64,000 nt of DNA from Sphyrna mokarran (lineage: Eukaryota): NCBI GenBank assembly GCA_024679065.1, contig JAGIQG010000002.1:116250001-116314000 (forward strand), written 5' to 3'. The notes beneath the pieces are model-generated. The model was not told the origin of the DNA. It ran no database searches and saw only the letters and a program-made list of their open reading frames with translations. Within the stretch, counting starts at the first letter, position 1. Each line of letters begins with the position of its first letter. Made by a program: the position numbers and the translations under genes. Shown here in pieces: positions 1 through 12,211 of the stretch.

Positions 1-76
1 ACTTGTTAAAACATACACCTTTGACCAAGCTTTTAGTCCTCTGACTTAATATTTCTTTACATGGCTCAGTGTTAGC
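1..76 (+). mobile_element. 3' fragment of an L2-type LINE
   Basis: TTAAAACATACACCTTTGACCAAGCTTTT...ATGGCTCAGTG resembles the L2 tails at about 44100-44160, 49570-49600 and 51720-51750. Confidence 0.4.
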
Positions 77-367
77 CTTCTCCTGTAGCAGCAGGTAGTG
101 TAACGTAGGGCTGACTGTACTGATCCTTGAGTCCAATATATTAAAAAATTGCTAAGCAGCGAAGAGCTACATTTTAATAGTGTTGGCTTCATGATAAAGT
201 AATTTGGAAATATTTTTGTGGGCAGTGAGAAGTCAGAAGATCATTCCATTATTTTCAACATTATTAAACGATAAGTATTAAATTTCAATATATGTATAAA
301 AATAGTAAAGCAGTCAATGAATGTGTTTTCTTGAAGATAGTGTACATTTTAGATGTAAATGCCAAAG

Positions 368-640
368 GAGAAGAACTGGCATTTATGTAGCATCGTATCA
401 CATGCTTAGGATATTTCAAAGCATGCTACAGACTCTGGATGATTTTTCAAGCAATCTTTGTTAGATGGATAACCACAACAGCTAATTTGTACACTGCTAG
501 ATCCCACAAACAGCAGAAGAAATTATTTGCTTTGAGCGCTGATGGTCAAGGAAGGAATTCTACTTAGTGCAGCTGATAAGGCCATTGGTTTTCAAATAAT
601 GCACTGGAATCCTTACATCTACCCGAAGCTGATGACATTT
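368..640 (-). mobile_element. Deu-domain SINE (SacSINE1/AmnSINE1-like), decayed
   Basis: GCTAATTTGTACACTGCTAGATCCCACAAACAGCAG is an approximate reverse complement of the Deu-domain core at about 45620-45660. Confidence 0.55.
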
Positions 641-2026
641 AACAGATTTACAATAATAAGAGCCTTTTATTTTTACAGTGTTTCTATCCCATAGTCACAT
701 TCAATCTCAATCAATTACACACGCTGCCTTGATAATTGCCTAAAATTAAGCTTTTGGGGCAGCAGTGACATTATAAGTCATCATGATAGAGGTGTTGTGT
801 ACAGAAACTATGTGGAATGCTTAAGGTAGTCTAGGTAAACTCATATGTCATGAATGTGACAATGTTACTGCTAATGCCATTGTTTTTGTTTGCTGACTGT
901 TGCTATCAGTTCACAATCAGGAGTTTAAATGGAATGTTGTCATGTGGTTTGCTGTAGTACAAGACATTTTAACAGTTTTAAGAGCAGTGAGGTGTCCAAC
1001 AACATGATTGAATGGTTTCATAATATCATTGCGTGCAGGTGCTGCTACAAATTTTAAAGTTTAAAAGGTGAAGGACAGTGTAGAGTATTTTTTCCAACAA
1101 TATAAATCATTCCAACAAAAAGTCAAAGATATTAATCTTCCTCCTAGAGAGATTTCATTTCATACTAGATACTGAGCTGTTCTGGTGAAGAGACACTTCC
1201 CAACATTTGTTTTTTCTTGAATTGATTTGGTTATTTTTGTAATGTCTTTGTCTTTCTCAGGAGATTGTGTGATTTGTCTTGGGTGTGAAGCACTCAGGGT
1301 CAGGTTGCCTAGCTACAATAAGATGGAATAGAAATGATGGACCAGTTGGTATTTGCCCATATTTTTAGCCTGTTCATAAGGAGGTGCTTATTGAGGGGCA
1401 TGGTGCAGGATTAAGAGGGTTCAAAATCTGCCAATTTGTAAGACAAAGTTCCCTGGCTATACATTCACAAAATAATGGATTATTGGTTGTCAACCCATCA
1501 AAGTCCTGTTTAGAAGCAAGTCAGTGAATAAAAGTAAGAACCTGGTCAACGGGGGTTTTTTCAAGCGTCAGCCCTAATATTTTCCTAGGGTAGTTTTATG
1601 ATTCAAGCTGATCTTACAACAAAAACCAAATTAAAACAGTGAGTGCAGGGAGATGACAACAGAAATTCCACATGAGGCCCAGTCAATGTCATTTCCATAT
1701 GGATACCTTCACTGTTTTGGATGACTGTTTAATTCAAGAATGGGCACAGGCAACATTTTTTTCTCATGGATATAGAAACATAGACTGAAGATTCATGAAA
1801 ACCATTTTCTCATAAACTTTATAGCTTTAGAGTTAGTTCTGGTTGAATAGAGTCACATCACCTTACATTCCCAATCATGTCAATATCCAGCTCTCTACCA
1901 GTCACCTGACACATCCATTTGCTGCTAATCAGAATTTGAATAGATTCTTCATTATTTGATTGGATAATTCTTGAATATCAGTCAAACAATCTTTTCTCTT
2001 ACCTTTTTTCATAATGAACAACCAAA

Positions 2027-2450
2027 GAATCATAGAGTGATTATAGGACATAGGGCAGCCATTTAGCCCATCATGGCTACGTCAGCCCTCTCTGCAAGAA
2101 CAAGTCATCTAGTTTAACTCCGGGCCTTTATGTCGTAGCCCCGCAAACACTTTCTTCTAAAAGAATGATCCAATTCTCCTTTGAAAGCAATGATTGAATC
2201 TGCCTCCGCCACATTCTCAGGCAGTGCATGCCAGATCCTGACTACTCGCAGTGCAACAAAGTTTTTCCTCATGTTGCCATCATTTCTTTTGCCAATCACC
2301 TCAAACTGGTATCCTTTGGTTCTCAAATCTTCTATCAATGGGAAAGGCTATCTATTCTGTCCAGGTCACTCATGATTTTGAATAACTCTCAAATCTTCCC
2401 TCAACCTTCTCTTCCCCAAGAAGAATTGCCCCAGCTTCTCCAAATTTATC
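2027..2450 (-). mobile_element. CR1/HER1 LINE 3' end fragment
   Basis: ORF 2114..2338(-) RTKGYQFEV...MRKNFVALRVVRIWHALPENVAEADSIIAFKGELD is a CR1 ORF2 C-terminus; CR1-type tail at left. Confidence 0.85.
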
Positions 2451-2487
2451 TACTTAACAGAAGTAAAATGTTTGCATAAAATATTTT

Positions 2488-4480
2488 TAGAAAACAAGGG
2501 AACAGGAGTAGGCCATTTGGATCATGGAGACAGTTCTGCCATTCATTTAGATCATGGATGATCATCTTCCTCAATAAATTTTCCTTGCACAATCACCATA
2601 CCCCTTGAGATCATTGGTCTCCAGAAAAATATCGATTTCTGTCTCGAACATCATTAAGCTCCATGATTACGTTTCCACATCCCTCTGGTGTAAAGAAATC
2701 CAAAAATTCACCACACTCGCAGTGAAGATTTTCCTCCTCATCTCTATCTTAAATGGCCTGTTCCTTGTCTTGAAACTATTCACAGCCAGGGAAGCCATCT
2801 TATCTACATCCATCCTGTCATGCCAAGTAAGAATTTTGCAAGCTTCAATGACGTCACCCCTTATTCTTCAAAATTTAAGGGAATACAGACCCAGTCACCT
2901 CTGTCTCACCCCAAAGGACAATCCCAACATCCCAGGGATTAACCTGGTGAACCTCCATTGCACTCCTTCTATGACAAGTATATCCTTCCTTAGGTAAGGG
3001 GACCAAAACTGGGCATAATACTCCAAGTGAGATCTCACTAAAGCTTTATATAACTGTGGCAAGACATTCTTACTCTTGTACTCAAAATCTCCTTGCAATG
3101 AAGGCCAACCAACTATTTGGTTTGCTAATTGCTTGCTGCATGCTATGTTTTACTGATTCATGAACAAAGACACCAGGTCCCTTTAGATACCCATATCTCC
3201 AAACTTTTCACCATTAAATAAATATTTGATTTTTCTATTTTTTTCTACCAAAATAAATAACTTATACTTTATATTATGTGCCATCTGCCATGTTCTAGTC
3301 CATTCACTTAGTCAATGTAAATCCTCTTGAAACCTCCTTGCATCCTTCTCACAACTTACATTCCCACTCAGTTTGGTATCAGAAAACTTGTAAATATTAC
3401 AATTAGTCCACACATCCAAATCATTTACATGACCGTGAACAGCTGTGGACCTAATACTGATCCTTGCAGTAGCAGCCTGCAATTCTGAGAATGATCCACT
3501 TATTCCTAATCTCTGCTTTCTGTCTGTTAACCAATTTTCAATCCATAATAATATCTTCCCCAATACTATATGCTTGAATTTAATTTACTAACTTCCTGTT
3601 TGGGACTTTATCAAAAGCCTTCAAAATCCAAATACCACATTCACTGGCTTTCCTTTATCAATGCTACAATTTATATCCTTAAGTAAACTCCAACAAATTT
3701 GTTAAACATCATTTTCCTTTCAGAAATCCACATTGACTCAGCCCAATTTTTCTTTCTTTTTTCTAAATGTTCAATCATTACATCCTTTATAAGACTCCAA
3801 CATTTTCCCTACTGCTGAAGTCAAACTAACAGGTCTGCAGTTTTCCATTCTTCCACAGGAACCTTTCAAGAACCTGTAGACTTTTGAAAGATAGTCATCT
3901 GTTATCTCTCTAGCCACCTCCGTCAAAACTTTAGGATGAATCTCATTTGCTCCAGGATATTTAATCAACCTTTAACCTCTTTACTAATACTAATTTCTTT
4001 TGGTTTATTGTCTTGCAAATTTGGTTCCAGTGCAGATTTCTATAAACACAGAGGGATCGTGAGTGCAAGTGGGAACATTGAGGTGGCGGCGCAGGCTCTT
4101 GGGCCGAAGGGCCTGTTTCCCGTGCTGTTTTGTTCTTTGTCTCTCGATTGCCTTGTATTTCTTTGAGATTTTCAACATCTTCTAGCATGAAGACAGAAGC
4201 AAACTAACTGTTTAATTTCTCTGCTTTTCCCCTGTTATTTCTTAGTTATAAATTCTCCTGCCTGCATCTGTAATGAGCCCATATTTATCCCACCTAACCT
4301 TTTCCTTTGCACCTCCTGAAGAAGTTTGTAGAGTCTGCCTTTATGTTTCTCTCTTTTTTTGTTGTTGCTGGTATGACATTTTTCTTGGGTTCATTATAGC
4401 ATTGTCCTGGAGATTAGTTTTTAATTCCTGGAAATGTCAAGGCAATCCTGGACATTTGGTAACCCTGCTTGGATTCTACC
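2488..4480 (-). mobile_element. Old degraded CR1 LINE (ORF2 RT region)
   Basis: Fragments LYKALVRSHLEYYAQFWSPY, WIENWLTDRKQR, RPVSLTSAVGKMLES and HPKVLTEVAREI, broken by many frameshifts. Confidence 0.85.
4011..4140 (+). mobile_element. 3' tail fragment of the SINE/LINE seen at 18340-18477, inserted in the older CR1
   Basis: CAAATTTGG...CTATAAACA...GGGAACAT...GGGCCGAAGGGCCTGTTTCCCGTGCTGTTTTGTTCTTTGT is shared with 18345-18477. Confidence 0.65.
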
Positions 4481-4491
4481 TCACTTATTGT

Positions 4492-4753
4492 AATAGAATA
4501 GAATTCCTACAGAGAAGGAGGAGGCCATTCAGCCCCTCAGGCCTTATCTCCATAACCCCATGGATTTACCCTATTAATCCCCCGACACTAGGGCAATTTA
4601 GCCATGGTCAATCAACCTAATCTGTCCATCTTTGAAGTGTGATAGGAAACCAGAGCACCTGGAGGAAACCCACAAAGACATGGGGAGAATATGCAAACTC
4701 CACACAGCCATGAATTGAATCTGTGTCCCCAGCGCTGTGAGGCAACAGTGCCA
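4492..4753 (-). mobile_element. HE1-type tRNA-derived SINE
   Basis: GGAAACCAGAGCACCTGGAGGAAACCCACAAAGACATGGGGAGAATATGCAAACTCCACACAG core, tRNA-like head at right, CR1-like tail at left. Confidence 0.85.
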
Positions 4754-5142
4754 TCTTTATAAATCAGATAAGCTCTGCAAAACTTCTCCAACTCCCAAGG
4801 ACACTTTCACAAGAGCTCATCCAGTTGTTTATTAATGATGGATCCAAGTACACAAGTTGCCTGCGTAGTTGATTGTCACTGTTTATGCTAATCCCTCAAT
4901 CCCTTGTCTACACTTCCGTCTACAGACTATACTTTTCAATCCAGTAGCAATAAGACAGCATTTAATTCACCTTGGACGCTTATAGCACAACAAGCTCAAT
5001 GAAATGTACCTGACTGATGCACATTTCAGATCTACACTTCTTGGAAATGCAGTTTAAAATGTGTTGACTGAGGTTTTACCACTAAACACTATTAAAAACG
5101 ATCAATGCCTTTTTTGAAGAAAAACCTATTGTTGCAGAGGTG

Positions 5143-5163
5143 CTGTATCAGCAGGTGGCGACG
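5143..5163 (+). promoter_or_regulatory. Candidate CTCF site at the upstream edge of the CpG island
   Basis: TCAGCAGGTGGCGAC resembles the CTCF core CCAGCAGGTGGCGC, with a TGCAG just upstream. Confidence 0.45.
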
Positions 5164-5244
5164 TCCTCCTTTGGAGAGAGGTCCCTCAGAGTGAGTGCTC
5201 TGATTTGCGGCTCTGTCTGCTCTCACCGAGGAGACGCCTTGTTT

Positions 5245-5270
5245 TGTGTGTGTGTGTGTGTGTGTGTGTG
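5245..5270. repeat. (TG)13 microsatellite in promoter/5' UTR
   Basis: Direct reading. Confidence 0.95.
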
Positions 5271-5504
5271 CTGAGGCTTTGAGGGATTCGGGGGTTTCCG
5301 GCCACGAGCGGATCTGGCGAGCCGAGGGGGGTGGAGTGTTGCGGTTTTGTCCTTCCGCTCAGGACCTGTCCGCGATCAATGTGAGCGGGTTGGAACTGGG
5401 AAGATGCTGCTGGAGGGCTGAAGGGAGTCTGGACAGCGGGAAAACCGGGCAGGCGGGCGAACGAAGAGGAGCGTTTATCAGGAGGAACAATCCAGGGATA
5501 CACA

Positions 5505-5520
5505 GAGAGAGAGAGAGAGA
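5505..5520. repeat. (GA)8 microsatellite in 5' region
   Basis: Direct reading. Confidence 0.9.
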
Positions 5521-5678
5521 CAGAACGAGAGTAGGTTACATTGTGGAACATTGGGATATGGCAACATTATAACCGGGCGATAATGTAACCGCTCAGCGCC
5601 CCTCTTACAACGCCAGCCAGCAGCCAGTCCAAAGGCAACTTTCACACAGCAGCCACCCCGCGTCCTTCACTGGAAAAC

Positions 5679-5718
5679 ATGACCGAAGACCTTTCGCAGG
5701 TTCCTAAAGAGCTGCTAG
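5679..5718 (+). CDS. carmil1: CARMIL1 (LRRC16A) coding exon 1, MTEDLSQVPKELL + G (phase 1)
   Basis: Resembles the human CARMIL1 N-terminus MTEESSDVPRELI; 40 coding nt followed by donor G|GTAAGG; AACATGA start context. Confidence 0.93.
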
Positions 5719-6137
5719 GTAAGGAACCAGTGCAGATAAACGGGGGCGATGTTTTATCTCGACGGGAAAGCAGGCAAACTGGCAGGAATTGCCGGGATTT
5801 TTCATCTGTGTGGTGGGGTTTAAATAATATATTGAAACGGGTTCTTTTCTGTCGTAGTGTGCAGGCGATAGATCGCGCGTTTGTTTATCCACTTTCATTC
5901 ACATGGGTGTCGTATTAACCTGGCTATTCCCCCCCCCATTCTGAATATTTTAATCGGAGGTGTGGGGGTTGTCAGATTTTTGAGCTATTTGAGAATTAGA
6001 TCTCGCTTTTGTATTGAATCAAGCAAGTGAGGGAGGTGACTTTAAAAAGGCAAATAACAGATCAGACCACATTCTAAGGTTGCGACATGGAAAAAATAGC
6101 GACTTTTATTCAGCGATTACTTTTACTGTTCCCACAG

Positions 6138-6235
6138 AGAGCGTCAGGGATGTTATTGGCAGAAAGATTAAAATCATTTTGAAGAAGAAGGTGAAACTGG
6201 AAGTCAAAGGCGACAAGGTGGAGAATAAAGTTTTG
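6138..6235 (+). CDS. carmil1: CARMIL1 coding exon 2, (E)[32 protein letters not shown]
   Basis: Nearly identical to human [33 protein letters not shown]; acceptor ttttactgttcccacag, donor G|GTAAGT; 98 nt, in phase with exon 1. Confidence 0.96.
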
Positions 6236-6688
6236 GTAAGTGATCAAGGATAATAAAAGTCTAAAAGGCGCTGAGGACACTTTCCATTCTTCAGCTTGAT
6301 GCAGTGTTCGGTATTGCAATCATGTCTTGACTGAATTACAGTTCAGGTGGAGAGATTTCACCCCGTGTGAACGCGCGCTCCTTCCAAATCTGTTGTGTCA
6401 AAATTATAATAAATATTACCGCCTCATTGAAGTGAGCCATCAAACTGAGTGATTAACAGAAAACTTTTTTTTTAGTTTGCTCGTCAGGTGGTTCTGCATC
6501 TGTATGGGGACTGGTGCATTATGTTTGGGGTTGAATTGTGGAGGCGGGGTTGGGGCGAGAGATGTTTAGATAACATGAGAAATTGGGATTTTCACAGTAA
6601 CTTCATTGCAGTGTTAATGTACTTGTGATACTAATATGTAAACTTAAACTAGTGGTGAATTAGGCTATTTGGCCCATCAATTCATTCA

Positions 6689-7014
6689 GGGGCAGCACAG
6701 TGTTTAGCATTGCAGCCTCACAGTACCAGAGACCTGGGTTCAATTTCGGCTTTGTGGACTATCTGTGTGGAGTTTGTACATTATCTCTGTGTCTGTGCGG
6801 GTTTTCTCTAGATGCTCCCATAGTCCAAATATGTGCAGGTTTGGCTGATTGGCCACGTTAAATTGTCCCTTAGTGTCCCAAGATATGTAGGTTAGGGGGA
6901 TTAGCAGTGAAAATATGTGAGGGTATGGGGATAGAGGCTGGGTAGGATTGTTGCCAGTGCAGACTTGATGGACTAAATGGCCTCCTTCTGCACTGAAATG
7001 TTTCTATGATTCTA
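6689..7014 (+). mobile_element. HE1-type SINE, near full length
   Basis: GGGCAGCACAG...GCCTCACAG...GGGTTCAATT (A/B boxes), GTCTGTGTGGAGTTTG-type core, tail CCTTCTGCACTG...TCTATGATTCTA. Confidence 0.9.
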
Positions 7015-8030
7015 ACAGGACCATGTCTTTCTGTTTCAACTCCATCTTCCCGCAGTATCCGCATATCCCTTAATTCCCTTAGTATGTAAAAAAAAAACTA
7101 TCAACCATCATCAGGAATGTATTTAATGACTGCATATCCAAGCCCCTCTGGAGTACTGAATTCCAAAGATTCATGACACTTTGGGTGAAGAAATTGCTCT
7201 TCATTGCAATATTGACAGCTTCTGTTTACATTGCCTTTACCATAAGAAGTCCCAATGCCTTCACAGAAACCTTAGAAATCAAAGTATAATACCATGCCAA
7301 ATCAGGTAACCAAATGCATGGTCAAACAGAGGTAGGTTTTAATGAGTATCTTAAAAGAGGAAAGAAAAGAGGCACAGGGAAAGTATCCCACAGTTTAGAG
7401 CCTAAGCAATGGAAGGCGTGGCCGCCAAGATAGAGCAATCAAAATCAATGAAGAAGAGACCAGAATTAAGGGAGAGCAGCTATCATGAAAGATTATGGAA
7501 GCAGAGGAACTTACAAAGAGGAACAAAGTCATGAGGAATTTGAAAGCAAGGATGTAAATTTTAAAATCAAAGGGGTGCTTGATTGGAGGCCAGCATAAAT
7601 CAGCAAACACAGGGTGATTGGGACTTGCTGTGAATTAAGAAATGGCAGCAAAATGTTATATAGTTTTAAGTTTATAGAGGGTAGAATGTGGGTGACCAGC
7701 CAAAAGTGTGTTAGAATAGTTGAATGTAGCAGCATGAATGAGGATGAGGCATGAAATTAGTGATAAGGGTGAAGTCAGACAATGTTACATAAGCCGTTTT
7801 ACTGATATCAGTCTTAAATGGCCAATCCCTTATTCTGAGACTTTGACCCTGCCTTCAGCCGGAAGAACCGATTTCTTAACACCTACCTTGTCAGACTAGA
7901 ATTTCATGCTTCATTAGATCACCTCACACTCTTCTAAACCCAAAGGAATGCAAATCCAGTCTACTCAATTTCTTATTGGGAATCTGCTTAACTCAGGAAA
8001 CAATCTAGAGAATCTTTGTTCCGTTTCCTC
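7015..8030 (-). mobile_element. Old CR1 3' fragment split by an L2 insertion (CR1 at about 7015-7205 and 7808-8030)
   Basis: ...GTGAAGAAATTGCTCTTCAT (7185-7204) resumes as TCAGTCTTAAATGGCC (7808), which is contiguous CR1 sequence in the copy at about 2720-2760. Confidence 0.65.
7210..7807 (-). mobile_element. L2-type LINE 3' fragment
   Basis: Minus-strand translation VPITLCL / FADLCWPPIKHPFDFKIYILAFK resembles the L2 ORF2 C-terminus; similar to 51318-51800. Confidence 0.7.
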
Positions 8031-8188
8031 CAGGTGGAGGGGTTAGTGGGGGGGTGGGGAGAGGAGAGGTAAAGTAACCGCTGCTGAGTTGTCAAGAATT
8101 AAATGCCAGTGACAATTATTGTCATAGTATAGATAAATGTTTAAAAGTTCAGATTTACTGTAAGTAAAAAATGGATTCTTTTTGACGT

Positions 8189-8374
8189 GGGCTGGGATTT
8201 TCTAGCCCTTCTTGCTGGCGAGATCCTCTGTCCCACCAAACATACACATGCTGGTGGGCAGGCGTTGCAAAAATGTTGTAGACTTTGGTGGGACTGGAAG
8301 ATTTTACCGATGACCAATGGTGAGTCGCCTCCACCCTGGGAAAATATGCTGCCGGATGGCCAGAAAATCCTGGC
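8189..8374. mobile_element. MITE-like non-autonomous DNA element
   Basis: Imperfect TIRs GCTGGGATTTTCTAGCC / GGCCAGAAAATCCTGGC; internal inverted repeat GTCCCACCAAA / TTTGGTGGGAC. Confidence 0.65.
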
Positions 8375-9744
8375 TATTGTTTTGATCTTTGGCATCTTTT
8401 TGCAATATAATGTATTGAATAAATGAGTAAAAGCAAGGAAAAGTTAAACGGTGAAGTACGAAATTAAAAAAACAGAGTACTGAAGACCATAATGAATTAT
8501 CAGCATCTGTCAAAAGAAAAAGCAGGTTAATTTGTTAGATGTAGTTGTAACTAATGATAAAGTAGAGGGTGAGGGAATAGGGACAGCAAACAATAAATGC
8601 GCTCACTCCAATTTAGTGAGGCAGTTAGTGAACTTAATAACTTGCATGCATGTTATTTAAAAGCCGGGACATAGGTGAAAACTGGTGCATGAACCCTATG
8701 TGTGGAATGAAATATGCGGTCCTGATTTATACTGTTCAGGTGGGTTTGCATCTAATACAGATCAAGTGTTGAAATTGCAGTTTGGATATTAGATCGCCCA
8801 AGGGATTGCTTAACTTCTATTTGATTCCAGTTTCATCAAATCTTTTTGTGCCTTGTTGCTTACTATTGGCATATGGATTTCACAAGCAGTTTGCAGTCCA
8901 TGAGCTGAATTTATAATTTGAAAAGTGAACACATAAAAATTAACAAAATAGATCTGTCAAGAAAAAAATTCTCCTGGAAGGTGTTTTGTGGAACAGTACA
9001 TTTAGTGAATCAGAAAAAGATTTCAGCTGCATTTATGCTGTGACTTTTGCATTTGATGTAAATCATTCATGTGGGCATTGAGTTAAATCTGGACCTGGGA
9101 CAAGACAATACATGAAAGCAAAGAGGCTGGTTCACAAAACTGAGTTTAGTTGTACTTTAATCTCATGTCAAATCAAGTTTTAATACCTTGGAATTGTTAA
9201 AATATCATGAGTGAACTGATGCTCCTAGCATTAAGGATCAGTGATGCAAAAACAGGAACTTTTTGCACATGTACTTTTCTCGATATGCGTAGAAGTGCTT
9301 TTTTTTTCTGACCTTATTGTGACCTGCATGGATAAACCAATAACATATTTTGTATTCTTTGTTCTTTCACAACCTCAGGAGATCTAAAGTGATTTGCGTC
9401 CAATGAAATTCTTTTGAAATGTAGTCAATGTTGTAGTGTCGGAAAAGCAGCAGCCAGTTGTGTTTGCAGAAATATTGATATGCTTTAATGAAACCATGAA
9501 TGTGTGCCTCCAAACAATATTGCTGAAATCTACAATCGTGAAATAGAAGTGGCACAGACAGTCCTGATTAATTCACTGGGGGATATTATTGGATGGAATT
9601 ATTACTTTGTTCTCATTTCCCCATCCTGCGTAATTGCCTAACTGCCCAACCAAACTTCAGTAACATTTTTGATAATCTAATCTTTGAAGTACTTTTGAAA
9701 CACTATTGCATGTTGCTTCAGTATTTAAATTTGCATTGCTGCTC

Positions 9745-9885
9745 ATAGAATCATAGATTCCCTACAGTGCAAAAGGAGGCTATTTGGCCCATCAAGTCTG
9801 CACGGACTCTCTGACAGAGTATCTTATCAGGCCCTCTTCTCACCCTATACTCATAACCCCACACATTAACCATGGCTAATCCATG
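9745..9885 (-). mobile_element. HE1 SINE 3' fragment
   Basis: CATAGAATCATAGATTCCCTACAGTGCAAAAGGAGGCTATTTGGCCCATC tail. Confidence 0.75.
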
Positions 9886-9944
9886 ATCTGTAAAAGCTCC
9901 AGTTTTATTTTTGAATTTATTTGAATTAATTGGTATAAATGCTC

Positions 9945-10150
9945 TGGTTATTAATCCTCCTGCATGACACTACCAAAAAATCATTAATTTCGTACCTATT
10001 TTTGGGAGACCTTGCTGTGCATAATTTACTGTGACATTTGGTTACACAACAACTTTCAGTAGCCTACAAAAATAATTCATTGGTTGTGAAATGTTTTGTG
10101 ATGTTCTGAGAGTGTGATAATTTGTACTTGCATAACAACCTCAGTTTTAT
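9945..10150 (+). mobile_element. Deu-domain SINE fragment, decayed
   Basis: TTTGGGAGACCTTGCTGTGCATAATTTACTG...TTCATTGGTTGTGAAATGTTTTG resembles 45620-45750. Confidence 0.5.
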
Positions 10151-10779
10151 TCTCAAATGTAATTGAATAAATATAGAAGGTAAAACGACAAACTTATTGA
10201 GGCTACTCCGTCAAAATTCTGAAAAAGCTTTATGATAAATTACTCCATTACACTTAATTCATAATCTGTATTTGGTTTGTAAGCATTTAAAGCGCTACAT
10301 TCTGTTTGTTGACTGATCAGAGCCTCATTTGAGAATATTGAGAAATAGCTTTAATACAGGGTAAACGCAACCAGTTTTTTTGTAGTAACCTAATCCCTTT
10401 TAAAATTCTTCCTAACATCATGACTACTTTTGATAGAACTGAAAATGCTCACTTTTCATTTGATACAGTAGAGCTCAAAACGCTGTCTCCAAATATGCTT
10501 TTTTAGGGTGACATGTCAAATATTGGGAATTTGACATGGAAAGAAGTCCTAATTAACTTTTTCAGTAGACTGAAATTCTGATTATTATAAGACTTAAGAT
10601 TATTAGACTGTCAAAGTAATTTTAGAACACAACTGACAAACTATAGTAGTATAGTTACCTGAACTGATTACAGGCCTATAAAATTCCCATTTTCAAATTT
10701 ATTGTCGCAGCTTGTTTCATTTATAATGTTCCTCTCCACTCCCTGATTTGTGACTTTTGGATAACGATTTTGCTAATAG

Positions 10780-12211
10780 TGTCAAGAAAACAAAGTTAGT
10801 TTTGAGGGATTTATAAATGTATTGGCAAACATTAGAAATAAAGTGTAGTTCTAAGTGGATTTACTTTAATGTTTCTATCCCCGTAAGAATAAAATGTATA
10901 GCTAAATTCCTGATGGACAAGGATGTTCCTATGTGTGGGGGTTGGTTTCAATTGCAGCTGTGTTTTTACTGTGCTTGAAGGTTCTGGTATGAGGAATAAA
11001 TAGAGGTTGGTAGAAGTAGCAGTTGTTGCTTAACAACTAGAGCCTTGTAAGGTAGAAAGGCTTTTGAATTTAATTTTTAGGTGACTTTGTTTGCAATTGA
11101 AAAAGTACACCAGGGAATGAACATCTCACAATTCTAAGGAGAAGCTGGACAGAATAAGGGAGTTGCAAAGAGACATTCAAAGAATCAAATAACTGGGGAA
11201 TTAGGACATGATGAATGTCTTAAGACTGAAGTTGAGAGAACAGAGAACCAGGTATTGTTCATGAAAACGCAAGAGAAAAAGGCTATGCTGTGAGTGAAAG
11301 AGGCAGCTACAGTAACCAAGTGATTAAAGCAGACTTCAGGGGTAAATAAATGCTTGATTTCATTATAATAGAATCTGGGAATGAAGAGTTAAAACAGTTG
11401 TGAACAGTTTGTATGACAGTCAAGGCAAATAAATTCTGAAGGGGGAGTTTGTTGTTAAAGAAGCATAGAAGCTTTGTTTAAAAGAGAATCTGTACAATAC
11501 AGAAGGAGGCCCTTCAGCCCATCAAGTCTGCAACTGACCACAATCCCACCCAAGTCTTATCCCCGTAACCCTAGATGTTTACTCTACAAGTCCTCCTGAC
11601 ACTAGGGTCAATTTAGTACAGCCAATCAACTTAACCTGCACATTTTTGGACTGTGGGAGGAAACTAGAGCACCCATATGAAACCCTTGCAGACATGTAGA
11701 GAATGTGCAAACTCTGCACAGACAATGACCCAGGGCCGGAATTGAACCTGGGACCCTGGAGCTATGAGGCAGCAGCATTAACCACTGTGCAGCCCAATGC
11801 CTTTCTGCCACCCTGTTGTGAAAGACGATTATAAAGTACTTTTTGGAAGTGGAGTTTGGAAAATCACATGACATCCATCTGTTGGGATGCTGAGGAGAAA
11901 TCCACAGGCACTAATTTGGGTTCAGAGTAGAATGTGTGTTTTCACACAGCCAGTCTGTGTGTTTAAAGGGACTTTGTATTACTGAGACCATTTGTACATT
12001 GTATTCAATGTTCATCTTAAAATGTGTGTAAAGGAGCATTGTATCATCATCCAATTTCATGTTTCAACAATGTTCTTTTCTTGATAAAACTAATGAGTAC
12101 CCCTGCGACTGTTTCTTTGTATTTAAAAATATTGTGAAGTTACGGTTTTGTGAGCCAAGATTCCATTCTGGGATCTTCCATTCACTTATAACGTCAGCTG
12201 AGATCGTAACA
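10780..12211. mobile_element. Solo LTR (Gypsy-like), about 1.1 kb plus an inserted HE1 SINE
   Basis: TGTCAAGA...TCGTAACA termini with a perfect 4-bp TSD ATAG (10776-10779 / 12212-12215). Confidence 0.6.
11482..11795 (-). mobile_element. HE1-type SINE, full length
   Basis: Core and tRNA head GGAATTGAACCTGGGACCCTGGAGCTATGAGGCAGCAGCATTAACCACTGTGCAGCCC. Confidence 0.9.

Larger units (their letters stand above)
5140..6400 (+). promoter_or_regulatory. CpG-rich promoter / 5' region of carmil1
   Basis: Sharp rise in GC and CpG content against AT-rich, CpG-depleted flanks; surrounds coding exons 1 and 2; no transposon fragments recognised. Confidence 0.75.

Noticed and set aside
5186-5572. Overlapping 108-121 aa ORFs in the promoter
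   Set aside because: Products of GC-rich sequence and microsatellites, with no recognisable domain
5679-6253. ORFs 5679..5918 and 6014..6253 as complete proteins
   Set aside because: Only 5679-5718 and 6138-6235 match CARMIL1; the rest is intron read-through beyond clear splice sites
6585-6650. GGGATTTTCACAGTAACTTCATTGCAGTGTTAATGT, which superficially suggests a small RNA
   Set aside because: More likely the short 3' tail of a common shark retroposon; too short to classify
6689-6750. tRNA-like A/B boxes here and in other HE1 copies
   Set aside because: SINE heads, not complete cloverleaf tRNA genes
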